Shown here one piece after another: positions 8,819 through 19,117 of a DNA stretch of 64,000 bases. The stretch is from Escherichia phage BME3. The position numbers were made by a program, and so were the translations under genes. Each line of letters begins with the position of its first letter. Position 1 is the stretch's first letter. The notes under the pieces are model-generated. The model did no database searches. It worked only from the letters and a program-made list of their open reading frames with translations, and was not told where the DNA came from. The stretch is taken from sequence record PP239276.1. The stretch is one strand, 5' to 3'.

Positions 8819-9328
8819 TTGTCAATAAAAACCTTTGTCGCAATTGCGTTACTATCCTTAACTGCTTTTACATTTACACCTGTTGTGGCGCAAGCCGAAG
8901 CTGCAAACGTAAAAACTGCTAAAGTAGTTCACAAGTGTACAAAGCGTGATAGTAAAGAAAATCTATTAGCTTGTGCAATCTATGCAGAAAGTCGTAATCA
9001 AGGAAAGCGCGGTATGTCTGCTGTTGGTAATGTAGTATTGAACAGGGCAAGAGATTCATATTTCCCTGATACTATAAAAGAAGTTTTGTTTCAAAAAGGA
9101 CAATTCTCTTACACGAAGACATTCAACGTTATGGAACACGATAAGTGGAAGGAAGCTAAGGCTATAGCAGAACGTCTACTTTATCTCGAAAACCATTTTC
9201 CAGAATTACGAATTGCATTAGATATTACAAAAGGAGCATTATACTTTAAAAAATCTACAATAAAAGCACACTGGGAAAAAGATATGGTTCTAGTGTACCG
9301 CTACAAAGAACATCAATTCTATCGCTAA
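8819..9328 (+). CDS. SleB-like cell wall hydrolase with signal peptide (candidate secreted endolysin)
   Basis: TTG start after AGGAGG RBS; signal-like AIALLSLTAFTFTPVVAQA; motif CAIYAESRNQGKRGMSAVGNVVLNR with QFSY resembles SleB/Hydrolase_2 family. Confidence 0.55.
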   Translation: MSIKTFVAIALLSLTAFTFTPVVAQAEAANVKTAKVVHKCTKRDSKENLLACAIYAESRNQGKRGMSAVGNVVLNRARDSYFPDTIKEVLFQKGQFSYTKTFNVMEHDKWKEAKAIAERLLYLENHFPELRIALDITKGALYFKKSTIKAHWEKDMVLVYRYKEHQFYR

Positions 9329-9338
9329 GGAGATATAG

Positions 9339-9617
9339 ATGAAAGATGGCGTTATCGTTGCAAGTTATCTTGTTATTGGTCTTACAGAAGAGGATGTACA
9401 TTACATTAGGAAACATTTAGAACAGTTTGCAATGATGTTCATCGAAGACGAAGACAATGTGGATGTTTATTCAATTGAAATGATCAATGATAACGTCTAT
9501 CCTTGTATAGCTTTACGAGTCGATGAAGATGTTTGGGAACGTTTTTCACGTAGTCACGATAATGTTGAATGTTCTATGGTTATGTCACAAAACAACATAC
9601 TGGGAGTGTTACACTGA
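9339..9617 (+). CDS. hypothetical protein
   Basis: 92 aa, TAAGGAGATATAG RBS. Confidence 0.45.
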   Translation: MKDGVIVASYLVIGLTEEDVHYIRKHLEQFAMMFIEDEDNVDVYSIEMINDNVYPCIALRVDEDVWERFSRSHDNVECSMVMSQNNILGVLH

Positions 9618-9847
9618 TGGCTGATGTTATTGAAGTTAACTTTAAAACAAAAAAGAAAGTTGATAAGTATACAATCTTAAAAAATATTTGCGTTGTGTGC
9701 TTTAATTCTGTAATATATGACTCACGTAAGGGCGAAAATGAAAATGAACCTTACATCCAGATTTCTAAAGGTAAAGGGCAGTGTATCTGCAAAAACTGTG
9801 CTGTAGCAATTAAGGAGGTTGTAGATGAAAACCATTGGGATCAATGA
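9617..9847 (+). CDS. hypothetical zinc-ribbon protein
   Basis: ATG overlapping upstream stop (TGATG); two CxxC pairs (CVVC ... CICKNC). Confidence 0.4.
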   Translation: MADVIEVNFKTKKKVDKYTILKNICVVCFNSVIYDSRKGENENEPYIQISKGKGQCICKNCAVAIKEVVDENHWDQ

Positions 9848-10019
9848 TACTGGTGAAGTTGTAAAATCTTGGGATGATCTTAGTGGTATCCCTACAGATA
9901 AACTGATTAAACTGCGTGATGTTTGTCGTGATCATCTTAATGAAACATATAAAGAGTATATGGAAGCACGAGATCACAGTTTAGCTATCCAAATGGAACT
10001 CGCAAAACGTAATCAATAG
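9825..10019 (+). CDS. hypothetical protein
   Basis: 64 aa, AAGGAGG RBS. Confidence 0.4.
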   Translation: MKTIGINDTGEVVKSWDDLSGIPTDKLIKLRDVCRDHLNETYKEYMEARDHSLAIQMELAKRNQ

Positions 10020-10076
10020 GTAAAACCATTTGGACTTTTTAGTCTAAAAATGCTAAAGTAATAATACGGAGGGAGT

Positions 10077-10640
10077 ATGATATTTCACATAACTCCCTAT
10101 CTTTCTGGAGATATTGGAAAAGGTATCAATGACACAATAAGTGTCTTACCAGAAGATAGTTGGATTTGCCTAAGAGACATTGATACAATGTTTCTTCTTC
10201 CAGAACAACCTGCTTGGTTGGAATCAATAGTCCGTTCAAATCCTGATTTTGATGTTCTTGGTGCATCTTGTAATAGGTTGGGATCAACATATCAATTATT
10301 TAATAATGAAAGAAGTGAAGATCCAAATATATTACACCACATTGAGATTGCAAAAAGAGCACATCTAGAATGGGGGAACTCAATAGAGGAAGTACCTACA
10401 GATGCTATCTTAGCAGGATTCTTTCTTCTCTTTCGTAAGAGTCTGTGGAATGAAATCCCTTTTGAGGAAAGATCAATACAGTTTGATATAATTTTCTCTA
10501 AAGCATTACACGCTAACAATAAAAGGCTAGGTTTACTACGTGGGTTATATTTATTTCACACATACCGTTTAGGTAATGATGATCCTAGAAAAGCTGTTTC
10601 ACACCTTTTACATTGTCAAGACATGAATAAAATTATTTAA
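10077..10640 (+). CDS. putative glycosyltransferase (DxD-like motif)
   Basis: RDIDTMF motif; position at head of a glycosyltransferase block; weak. Confidence 0.35.
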   Translation: MIFHITPYLSGDIGKGINDTISVLPEDSWICLRDIDTMFLLPEQPAWLESIVRSNPDFDVLGASCNRLGSTYQLFNNERSEDPNILHHIEIAKRAHLEWGNSIEEVPTDAILAGFFLLFRKSLWNEIPFEERSIQFDIIFSKALHANNKRLGLLRGLYLFHTYRLGNDDPRKAVSHLLHCQDMNKII

Positions 10641-10649
10641 GGAGTTATT

Positions 10650-11336
10650 TTGGAAAATACAAAAATTGGTGTTGGTGTTATTACTGTAGGTAAGCGTCCT
10701 CTTAAAGATTATCTTGTGACTGATCCTAATGCTACTTTTGTTGTACAGTATGATCGGGAACGAAAAGGTGTTGCATATGCCCGTAATGAACTGATGAAAA
10801 AGTTTTATGATGAAGGGTATGATTACTGGTTTATCTTTGATGATGATTGCTATCCGGTTGTGCCAGGTTGGGAAACATATTTTGTAAAACAGGCTAAGGA
10901 AAATGGCTGGGATTTCTTTGGTATGCCTGAATACTTTAAAGATAAAGTAAAAGGTATTGAAGGTGAAGTGGTTATTTGGGAACTAGGCATGTGCCAGTTT
11001 GGTATGTATTCCCGTGCAGTTATTGAGAAAGCTGGCTATTTCCGTTCATACACCCACGGTTACGGATATGAAGATGCAGAGTGGATTCAGCGTGTTCCAC
11101 TGGCAGGTTTGAACCGAGGTATTCACGGCGTACCATGTCCTATTCGAATTATGGCGTTTATCCATCCTGACGATGTGTTTGGAGATAATCCTTTACCTTT
11201 TGCGAATCTGTCAAAAGAAGAGAAAGAACAGGGGATTGGTGTAAACTGGGAACAATATAAACAATCACTGGAGGATCTTCGCAATGGTAAAACTTTTATC
11301 TCTTATGAGGAGGCTCAAAAATATGGTAAATCCTAA
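10650..11336 (+). CDS. putative GT-A fold glycosyltransferase
   Basis: TTG start after AAGGAG; N-terminal IGVGVITVGKR and acidic DxD motif FIFDDDCYP. Confidence 0.45.
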   Translation: MENTKIGVGVITVGKRPLKDYLVTDPNATFVVQYDRERKGVAYARNELMKKFYDEGYDYWFIFDDDCYPVVPGWETYFVKQAKENGWDFFGMPEYFKDKVKGIEGEVVIWELGMCQFGMYSRAVIEKAGYFRSYTHGYGYEDAEWIQRVPLAGLNRGIHGVPCPIRIMAFIHPDDVFGDNPLPFANLSKEEKEQGIGVNWEQYKQSLEDLRNGKTFISYEEAQKYGKS

Positions 11337-12297
11337 TACTCCTGTACTTAAGTGTGATAATAAGTTAGGCAGTGGTTGTGATTACCATCGTATTGTAATG
11401 CCATTTGCGGGAAATACGTTTAAGCCTAAGAAAGACGTTTTAGTTTTTAATAGAGTGTATTCTCGTGGATCAGACGAAGTTAAACGCCTGAAGGCACAAG
11501 GTGTTAAGATTATTGTAGACTTAGATGATTTTTATTCACTTAACCCTGAACATTATATGGCTGGCGTATTTAGTAATCACTCAAAGACTATTGTAGAGAT
11601 GATTAAGTTAGCAGATGTTGTTACTGTGACAACAGAATACCTAGCTTACAAAATTCGTCATTTAAACCGTAATGTTGTCGTTATTAGAAACGCACTGCCT
11701 TACGACGAAGGTCAATTTACTTTGACAAAAGACCGTTATTCTGACACGCCTATTATTTGGGCTGGAGGGGCGAGCCATGAGCCTGACTTATCTCTTGTGG
11801 CTAATACATTTGATGATACACTATTGACAATTGCAGGGTATGAAGTGTATCCTTCTGCACCTGTTGGAAATAATAGTCAGTATCTAACTACTGCGGAGTG
11901 GGTTAAAGTCAAACGTAAAATTCCAAATGCACAGTATAAACCAGCTATTAAAAATTTAGGTGAGTATATGTCTGTGTATGACGGTCACAGTATTGCAATT
12001 GCTCCTCTGGTAGATAACGACTTCAACAACTGTAAAAGTAATTTGAAGATTTTGGAAGCAGGTGCAAAGGGTCTTCCTATTATCTGTTCTCCTGTGCTGC
12101 CGTACTTCAATCCGGTAGATGCAAAGGCTGTTATCTATGCAGATTCTAAAGCATCTTGGCATTATGAAGTTGTCAAGCTAATGAGGAACCCTAGATACAC
12201 AGAAGATCGTGGTATGATGCTTGCAGAACACGTTCGTCTTAATTATAATCTTGCAGATGCCAATGAACTGCGTCGTCAAGTTATTGAAAGTCTTTAA
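11323..12297 (+). CDS. putative GT-B fold glycosyltransferase (paralog 1)
   Basis: ATG at 11323 after GAGGAGG RBS; C-terminal KILEAGAKGLPIICSP resembles GT-B donor-binding motif; near-identical motifs to next gene. Confidence 0.5.
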   Translation: MVNPNTPVLKCDNKLGSGCDYHRIVMPFAGNTFKPKKDVLVFNRVYSRGSDEVKRLKAQGVKIIVDLDDFYSLNPEHYMAGVFSNHSKTIVEMIKLADVVTVTTEYLAYKIRHLNRNVVVIRNALPYDEGQFTLTKDRYSDTPIIWAGGASHEPDLSLVANTFDDTLLTIAGYEVYPSAPVGNNSQYLTTAEWVKVKRKIPNAQYKPAIKNLGEYMSVYDGHSIAIAPLVDNDFNNCKSNLKILEAGAKGLPIICSPVLPYFNPVDAKAVIYADSKASWHYEVVKLMRNPRYTEDRGMMLAEHVRLNYNLADANELRRQVIESL

Positions 12298-12308
12298 TAA
12301 GGAGCGAT

Positions 12309-13253
12309 ATGCCTAATATTATTCTTGACACACGCGGAAATGAAAAGTATAGTGTATGTGATTTTCATAGAATCATTTTGCCATATAAACGCAAGCTGAC
12401 CATTAATCCTAAGCATAATATTTTTGTGTTCAATGGAGTACCAACACGTGGGAAGCCAGGTTTCCTGGCTCTTAAACAACTTGGGTTTAAATTGGTAATG
12501 GATCTGGATGATTCTTTAATTATTCCTGAAGGGCATATGCTTGAAGGATTATTTGAAAATCAAATCCGAGATGACCTAAAATGGTTCCTTGAAAGAAGCG
12601 ATCTTGTAACTACAACAACTCCAGCATTAAAGGTTGAATTAAGCCAATACAATGATAATGTACATATTGTGCCTAACGGACTACCTTTTGATGAAGGACA
12701 GTTTGTTCTTACGAAAGATCGTTATTCTAAAAGTCCACTGGTTTGGGCGGGAAGTGAAACACATAAACATGATTTAGCTATTCTTCCTAGTTTTGGTAAA
12801 GATTTAACTTTATGTGGATTTCGTAGAGATCACGAAGAGTTAAGTAGTGCTCAATGGTTGCAAATTAAAGAAGATATTCAACCAGATTGTGTTTATGAAG
12901 GTATTCGTCCTTATGAGTGTTATATGGAAGCATACGATGGTCATCAAATCTCTATAGCTCCATTAGTAAATAATCATTTTAATAATGCCAAAAGTAATTT
13001 AAAAATTCTTGAAGCTGGTGCTAAAGGTTTGCCACTCGTTTGTTCACCACGAGAGAACTACTATACTGAAGAATTTAAAGATCTAATCTTCTTTGCTGAT
13101 TCAGTTAAAGAGTGGAAAGATATTGTAGAATACTTAATCGAATCTCCTGATGTTTGTATTGAGAAAGGATTGGCTCTTGCTAAGTATGTAAGAGATAACT
13201 ACAATATTGATGATTTAAATGAAACCCGCAGACTGCTTATCGAGGATTTATAA
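12309..13253 (+). CDS. putative GT-B fold glycosyltransferase (paralog 2)
   Basis: shares VFN, DLDD, VTTTT, VLTKDRYS and ISIAPLVNNxFNNxKSNLKILEAGAKGLP blocks with 11323-12297. Confidence 0.5.
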   Translation: MPNIILDTRGNEKYSVCDFHRIILPYKRKLTINPKHNIFVFNGVPTRGKPGFLALKQLGFKLVMDLDDSLIIPEGHMLEGLFENQIRDDLKWFLERSDLVTTTTPALKVELSQYNDNVHIVPNGLPFDEGQFVLTKDRYSKSPLVWAGSETHKHDLAILPSFGKDLTLCGFRRDHEELSSAQWLQIKEDIQPDCVYEGIRPYECYMEAYDGHQISIAPLVNNHFNNAKSNLKILEAGAKGLPLVCSPRENYYTEEFKDLIFFADSVKEWKDIVEYLIESPDVCIEKGLALAKYVRDNYNIDDLNETRRLLIEDL

Positions 13254-13522
13254 TGAACACTTTTGATTTTGAGTATAAACAAGATAATAAAGAACCTATT
13301 ATTGTTGAAGTAGATTACTATTATGAAGAACCTAATCCTTTCTCACGAGAAAGTGATTGGGATTATTATGGTGGTCTTATTGTTGATGGTATTAGATTTT
13401 ATTCTGGTACAAAAGAACTTTTTGATATAGATATTTCCCCATCGGAAATTGTTTACCAATTTAAGAAACATATGGAAGATTTGGAAATGCAATATATTAT
13501 GGAGACAAACGAATCATTTTAG
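13253..13522 (+). CDS. hypothetical acidic protein
   Basis: 89 aa, start overlaps upstream stop. Confidence 0.45.
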   Translation: MNTFDFEYKQDNKEPIIVEVDYYYEEPNPFSRESDWDYYGGLIVDGIRFYSGTKELFDIDISPSEIVYQFKKHMEDLEMQYIMETNESF

Positions 13523-13534
13523 TAGGAGAATCAT

Positions 13535-15307
13535 GTGTCTTATGTTGTAAATAAATATGGGTATAACATTGATCTAAGTCAAGAAGGACATACTGGGTGT
13601 CCTCGTTGTATGAAAGGAGGGCGTGATCGATCACAAAACAATTTGATGGTATATGGCTTAGATGCCGATGAAGACCATCGAGGCGCACATTGTTTTTCTT
13701 GTGGCTTTACTATCCCTGATCAAAAATGGTTAAATGCACACGGCGAAGAAATTGAAGAGGAGGATATCTTGGGTAGTGAGTTTAATCCAGAAGTACATGA
13801 TAAACTAAAAGCCAGCACTGGGACTAATCCAAAAGGTTATCGCGGTATTCGTGAAGATATCTCTAAGCCTTTCGGTGTACGCTATATGTACGATGAAGCT
13901 ACTGGCGAAGTAATTTCAACACTATACCCTACAACTAAAGATTACAATATTGCTGGGTATAAACAACGTATCGATCCAAAAGATTTTTCGCATCCTATCG
14001 GTGAAACAGGAAAGGATTGTGATCTTTTTGGGGAGTTTAAATATCGTAACCACAGCGGTACTATTCTAATCGTTGGTGGTGAACACGATATGCTGGCTGC
14101 AACACAGATGCTAAAAGATTATAACAAGGGTGGTAAATATCCTGTTCCTGCTGTAGTATCTGGTACTTGTGGCGAAACATCTCTGCATAAGCAGCTTCAA
14201 CATCGTTATAAATTCTTAGATCAATTTAAAAAGATTGTTCTGTGTATGGATAATGATGAAGCTGGACGTGCAGCAGTTGAGAAATGTGTTAAAATCTTAC
14301 CACGTAATAAAGTTTACGTGATGGAACTAACGGATGTTAAAGATCCTAACCAGGCACTAGTAGAAGGAAAAATTGATCACTTTCTTGATCGCTTTTTCAA
14401 AGCTAAACTGTACACACCTGCTGGTGTTTATGCTTCTAACGTACTGTATGAAGCAGCCTTGGAATGTCTGGAAGCTAAAATGATTACTCTTCCTCCATTC
14501 ATGCGTGTTGCTTCTAATATGTTAGGTGGAGGCTTGGTAGAAGAAGAAATTACTGTTATACTTGCAAAAACAAGTATTGGTAAGACACTGTTGGTTAACG
14601 AGATTACGAAACACATTATTCTTGCACACCCAGAACATACTCTTGGTATTTTATCTTTGGAGGCAACGTATAAGAAGTATTCTCGTAACTTACTGTCTTC
14701 ATTCTTGCACATCCCTCTTCACCGTAAAACAAAAGAAGAGAAGGAAAAGATTTTAAAAGATAATGAAGAAAAGATTCGTGATTTTTACGAACGGGAAGAT
14801 GGAACACCACGTTTCTATGTTTGTGATGATCGTGGAGCTAACGTAGATGTGATTAAAGAGAAGGTTCTGGAAATGATTATTTATTTCGGAGTAACCATTC
14901 TTGTTATCGACCCTTATTCTGACTTGCTTTCTGGTATGGACGTGTCACAACAAGAGGAACTTGCGACGTGGCTCAAACGCATTATGAAAGAGTACGCAAT
15001 CACCATTGTTGTAATTTCACACGTTAAAAAGTCTTCTAACAATAGTAATGAACATATTGTAGAAGATGATGCAATGGGTAGTAGCTTCCTTGCTAAAGGT
15101 GCTGGTATCACAATTGCGCTGGAGCGTGATAAACAAGCTGAAGATCCTATGGAACGTAACCGCACATATTGCTACATCCTAAAGAACCGTGAGTTCTCAG
15201 AGACTGGTGCAGCAGGTAGTTTCTTCTATGAGATTAAAACAGCGACACTTCACGATTACGATCAATACACAAGTAACCCAGAGAATATTCCTGATGGTTC
15301 TTATTAA
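13535..15307 (+). CDS. bifunctional DNA primase-helicase (T7 gp4-like)
   Basis: GTG start after AGGAGA; N-terminal zinc finger CPRC...CFSC; TOPRIM-like VLCMDNDEAGRAA; Walker A AKTSIGKT and Walker B VLVIDPYSD. Confidence 0.8.
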   Translation: MSYVVNKYGYNIDLSQEGHTGCPRCMKGGRDRSQNNLMVYGLDADEDHRGAHCFSCGFTIPDQKWLNAHGEEIEEEDILGSEFNPEVHDKLKASTGTNPKGYRGIREDISKPFGVRYMYDEATGEVISTLYPTTKDYNIAGYKQRIDPKDFSHPIGETGKDCDLFGEFKYRNHSGTILIVGGEHDMLAATQMLKDYNKGGKYPVPAVVSGTCGETSLHKQLQHRYKFLDQFKKIVLCMDNDEAGRAAVEKCVKILPRNKVYVMELTDVKDPNQALVEGKIDHFLDRFFKAKLYTPAGVYASNVLYEAALECLEAKMITLPPFMRVASNMLGGGLVEEEITVILAKTSIGKTLLVNEITKHIILAHPEHTLGILSLEATYKKYSRNLLSSFLHIPLHRKTKEEKEKILKDNEEKIRDFYEREDGTPRFYVCDDRGANVDVIKEKVLEMIIYFGVTILVIDPYSDLLSGMDVSQQEELATWLKRIMKEYAITIVVISHVKKSSNNSNEHIVEDDAMGSSFLAKGAGITIALERDKQAEDPMERNRTYCYILKNREFSETGAAGSFFYEIKTATLHDYDQYTSNPENIPDGSY

Positions 15308-15317
15308 GGAGAGAAAT

Positions 15318-15713
15318 ATGAAAGACAACGAAAATATCCTCTATGGTGTAGCCCCTTCTGCGTTAGGGTATGATTATACAAAAACTGTTGCTAAGTTTAA
15401 ATTTCAAGATGGATCGGAGTTAGAACCATACGGTTATGCTTATGGTGAACATTTGTGGTTTGAGGATGGTTGTCTATACCTTCTCATTCAAACTACCAGT
15501 GGTTTTGTGGGAGAGCTTGTAGATCGTATGCTGAAAAATGTTAGTGATAAAGTTGTTCTTGATATCGCTAGTAAGGATGAAAACATTAATAACATTGTTT
15601 CCACTTTTAGTGGCTTAACAGGGACAGTTAAAATTGACCGTGTAGGCTTGAGAAATACCAATGGTGTCCCTAATTGCCTTATTAAAGTACAATTAAGTGC
15701 TGACAATAAATAA
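15318..15713 (+). CDS. hypothetical protein
   Basis: ATG at 15318 after TAAGGAGAG RBS. Confidence 0.5.
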   Translation: MKDNENILYGVAPSALGYDYTKTVAKFKFQDGSELEPYGYAYGEHLWFEDGCLYLLIQTTSGFVGELVDRMLKNVSDKVVLDIASKDENINNIVSTFSGLTGTVKIDRVGLRNTNGVPNCLIKVQLSADNK

Positions 15714-15716
15714 CAA

Positions 15717-15742
15717 GAAGGGGCGAAAGCCCCTTTACAAAA
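15717..15742 (+). terminator. rho-independent terminator
   Basis: GAAGGGGC-GAAA-GCCCCTT hairpin. Confidence 0.5.
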
Positions 15743-15803
15743 CAATTAATTTATGGTACAGTATTAACAAATTAAGACTTTAGAAATATTTTAAGGAGGG
15801 AGA

Positions 15804-18383
15804 ATGGGAGCTTTTACTTTCGACATTGAAAGTAACAACTTGCTTAATGACGAAAGTGTAGATTACTTGGCAAGTCCATATCGTTTAAAAGATAGTTTTG
15901 CAATGCACTGTATTGTGTGCGAAAGTCATGATACTGGAGAGATTATTGCTTTCCATGATGGTGATAAATATCTTTTCGATGGTCGTCCGTATGTTGAGAC
16001 TGACGGAAAGTATGAATACCGACTGGAGGAATATGAGCATTTAGAATATACCCATTTCCCTCTTAAAGATTTTCCTGATTTTGTAAATGGAACAGGTAAA
16101 TTTAAAGGTAATTCAAACTATAAAATTACCAAAGTAGTTGGACACAACATCATTAACTTCGACTTACTGGCAATTAAATTATTTTTTAAACTCAACTACA
16201 GTATTAAGTACAATACTTGGGGTAATAGTAACATTGAAATTTGTGATACTATGATCTTAAGTAAGACACTAAACCCTGATCGCTTCGGTGGTCATAGTCT
16301 GGCAGAGTTATCTAAGAAAGCTGGAGGGGATGTTAAAATTGATTTCAGAAAAAACATTCCTGAAACTGAAAGATTTAGAACATTTGCAGCAGATATGCTG
16401 TATTACTGTATTTACGATAACAAAGCTAACACCGCAGTGTTCCGTTATCTGATGGAAGAATGGGGTGATTATAGTAAGTGGTCTGAACCATTTAACTTAG
16501 AACAACGTGTAGCTGATATTATTACACGTCAAGAGCACCGTGGCTTTGCTTTCAATATGAAACAAGCAGAAGATAATATTCGTGATCTGGATGCTCGAAT
16601 GGAAGCATGTCGTTTAGAGGCAGAACCTGTACTACCTCCTAAACCTGCTACTAAAGGTTATTTGAAATCATTCATTCCACCTAAACTACAGTTTAAAAAG
16701 AATGGTGAACCTTCAAGTAACATGATAAAGTTTGCAGAGAAACATTCTGGTGAACTTGTACAAAAAGAAGATGGTTGGTGGTTATTTGCTTTAGGTAAAG
16801 AATTCAAACTCCCTATTCCAGCAGAAGAACCTATTTGTGATCCTACAGTACCTGCTACTTTAGACGACACTACACATATTAAAAACTGGTTAGTTGGTTT
16901 AGGTTGGAGTCCATCTGAATATAAAGATAAAGATATCACTCTTAAATCTGGCACTAAGATTAAGAAAGATGAAGCACAAATGGAGAAAGCTATTCGTGAC
17001 TATGTTGATCAAACATTAGCATCTAACTTCTGCCAGGATAGATGTGATCATCTGGAGTGCACACCAGAAACTTTGGAATGGAAACTAAGAGATCGTATTG
17101 CTAAAGCTAAAGGTCGTGGTGTTAAAGTGCTTACTAACCCTTCCTTTACAAAAGGGCAAGAGAAAGATATTTGTCCTAACTTGGAAGCACTAGGTGAAAA
17201 GTTTCCTTATGCTACGCAGATTGTGCAATATCTTACGTATAAACATCGTAGAAACTCTATTCTAGGTGGTGGTGCTGATTGGGAAGAAGATGAAGAGGAT
17301 TACGATAAAGGTTATCTGGCGGCAGTAAGGGCTGATGGTCGTATACCAACTCCTGCTGCAACGTGTGATGCAGCTACGTCTCGTATGAAACATAGGTTAG
17401 TAGCAAATATCCCACGTGTAACATCTCTGTACGGATATGAAATGCGTAACTTATTTGGTGTAGAAGTTCCAAAATACTTCCAGATTGGTTATGACTTCGA
17501 TTCTCTTGAAGCAAAAATAGAATCACACTACTGTTGGCGGTACGAGCAGGAGCCACACGAATATTGTAATGCTCTATTGTTGGAAAAACCTAATGATGTT
17601 CATACAATGATGGCTCGACGTATTTCTGACACTATTGGTCGTAAGTTTGAACGAAGCCCTGCTAAATCTGTTAAGTATGGTATTACCTATGGTGCTCAAG
17701 CTGCAAAAGTAGCAAAAACTATTGGTAGTGATATGTATACAGGACAGCTTGTATACGATGCTTTCTGGGAAGCTGCAAAACCTCTTGCGCTTCTTAAAGA
17801 ACGTCTGCATGATTTTTGGGTTAAAACAGGTAAGAAATACATTCTTGGTATTGATGGTAGAAAAGTACCTACACGATCTGCACACGCAATACTTAACTCT
17901 CTGTTCCAGAGTGGTGGTGTTATTTGTGCAAAAAGAGCAATGGTTATCTACGACGATCTTATCGAAGAAGAAGGATTAGCTGTTGACTTTTTTGTTGATG
18001 ACTGGAAAAATAAGTCATTCGTTCAACAAATGATTGCATATCACGATGAAGCACAGCTTGAAGTAACTCGTGATCTGGTGCATTTTAAATGGTTCTCTAA
18101 AGAATCTTTAGGTTGGACTCAAGTTGATGATCCAGAAGAACAAAAGAAAATTGATAAAGAATGTTTGGATAAAGTTAACGCCTGGAAAGAAGAGGAAGAG
18201 AAACGTACTGGCAAGATTTGGGCTAACGTACATGAATCTCCTAAAGGTGGTTGGTTTACAGCCTACAGTCGTGCTGGAGAATTAGCATCTATTGCTGTTA
18301 ATAAAGCTGGTGAGTATTACAATCTTAATGTACCTCTCACTGCTGGTTACGATGTTGGTAACTCATGGGCTAGTTGTCACTGA
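15804..18383 (+). CDS. family A DNA polymerase with 3'-5' exonuclease domain
   Basis: Exo motif FDIESNN at N-terminus; motif A-like DFDSLEAK, motif B RSPAKSVKYGITYG, motif C YHDE; TTAAGGAGGGAGA RBS. Confidence 0.85.
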   Translation: MGAFTFDIESNNLLNDESVDYLASPYRLKDSFAMHCIVCESHDTGEIIAFHDGDKYLFDGRPYVETDGKYEYRLEEYEHLEYTHFPLKDFPDFVNGTGKFKGNSNYKITKVVGHNIINFDLLAIKLFFKLNYSIKYNTWGNSNIEICDTMILSKTLNPDRFGGHSLAELSKKAGGDVKIDFRKNIPETERFRTFAADMLYYCIYDNKANTAVFRYLMEEWGDYSKWSEPFNLEQRVADIITRQEHRGFAFNMKQAEDNIRDLDARMEACRLEAEPVLPPKPATKGYLKSFIPPKLQFKKNGEPSSNMIKFAEKHSGELVQKEDGWWLFALGKEFKLPIPAEEPICDPTVPATLDDTTHIKNWLVGLGWSPSEYKDKDITLKSGTKIKKDEAQMEKAIRDYVDQTLASNFCQDRCDHLECTPETLEWKLRDRIAKAKGRGVKVLTNPSFTKGQEKDICPNLEALGEKFPYATQIVQYLTYKHRRNSILGGGADWEEDEEDYDKGYLAAVRADGRIPTPAATCDAATSRMKHRLVANIPRVTSLYGYEMRNLFGVEVPKYFQIGYDFDSLEAKIESHYCWRYEQEPHEYCNALLLEKPNDVHTMMARRISDTIGRKFERSPAKSVKYGITYGAQAAKVAKTIGSDMYTGQLVYDAFWEAAKPLALLKERLHDFWVKTGKKYILGIDGRKVPTRSAHAILNSLFQSGGVICAKRAMVIYDDLIEEEGLAVDFFVDDWKNKSFVQQMIAYHDEAQLEVTRDLVHFKWFSKESLGWTQVDDPEEQKKIDKECLDKVNAWKEEEEKRTGKIWANVHESPKGGWFTAYSRAGELASIAVNKAGEYYNLNVPLTAGYDVGNSWASCH

Positions 18384-18520
18384 CATCTCTTTGATTTTAA
18401 AGGAGTTTTTATGTGGGACAATCTGTTATTGCCAAGGTTGTTCCACACTTTTAAACCATTTCATAATTAGATGTTTGAACATCTAGAATAACGCAAAGAC
18501 CATAAGAGATAGGAGAAAAT

Positions 18521-19114
18521 ATGAATATTGAAGATCAAAAAGTACGAGCTTTAGAAGTATTACGTATGTGCCAACTGGTAGATCCGTTTGCAATTGTAGC
18601 TGGCGGCGCTGTACGTGACTGGCGATTAGAGAAACCTGCGCAAGATATTGATATTTACTTGCGTATGCCTAACCACAATACACTCGTACTAGTAGAGAAA
18701 TTTTTGATGTTGGGTGTTGGTGCACGTAATGTTAAACAACTTACTAAGCAAACAGAACACACTTATGCCGAACTACCACATTTGAAATGGGTATTTGAAG
18801 CATACTATAAAGACCTTAAATTTAATTTTATGATCATGGAAGAGGGTGTACGCAGTGAAATCGTATGGAACTTTGACGTAGCTATTTGCCTGTGTTACTG
18901 GGATGGTCAAAATTATGTATATCATCCAGATTTTGAATTTGCACTGAAAACTAATATTTGTACTATTAATCACCGATACACAGGTAAAGAAGCACACGTC
19001 CGTAAAATGGCAGAACGTTTCCCTATGTTCCGCTTTGTAAAAGACGTTTTCATTCCCAAAGAACCCGAAGTACGTACACTGGATTCATTTAACAACGAAG
19101 AATTTAAGATTTAA
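18521..19114 (+). CDS. Pol-beta superfamily nucleotidyltransferase with CCA-adding-enzyme-like head motif
   Basis: VAGGAVRDW ... QDIDIYL matches the GGxVRD / DxD signature of class II tRNA nucleotidyltransferases; only 197 aa. Confidence 0.5.
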   Translation: MNIEDQKVRALEVLRMCQLVDPFAIVAGGAVRDWRLEKPAQDIDIYLRMPNHNTLVLVEKFLMLGVGARNVKQLTKQTEHTYAELPHLKWVFEAYYKDLKFNFMIMEEGVRSEIVWNFDVAICLCYWDGQNYVYHPDFEFALKTNICTINHRYTGKEAHVRKMAERFPMFRFVKDVFIPKEPEVRTLDSFNNEEFKI

Positions 19115-19117
19115 GTG

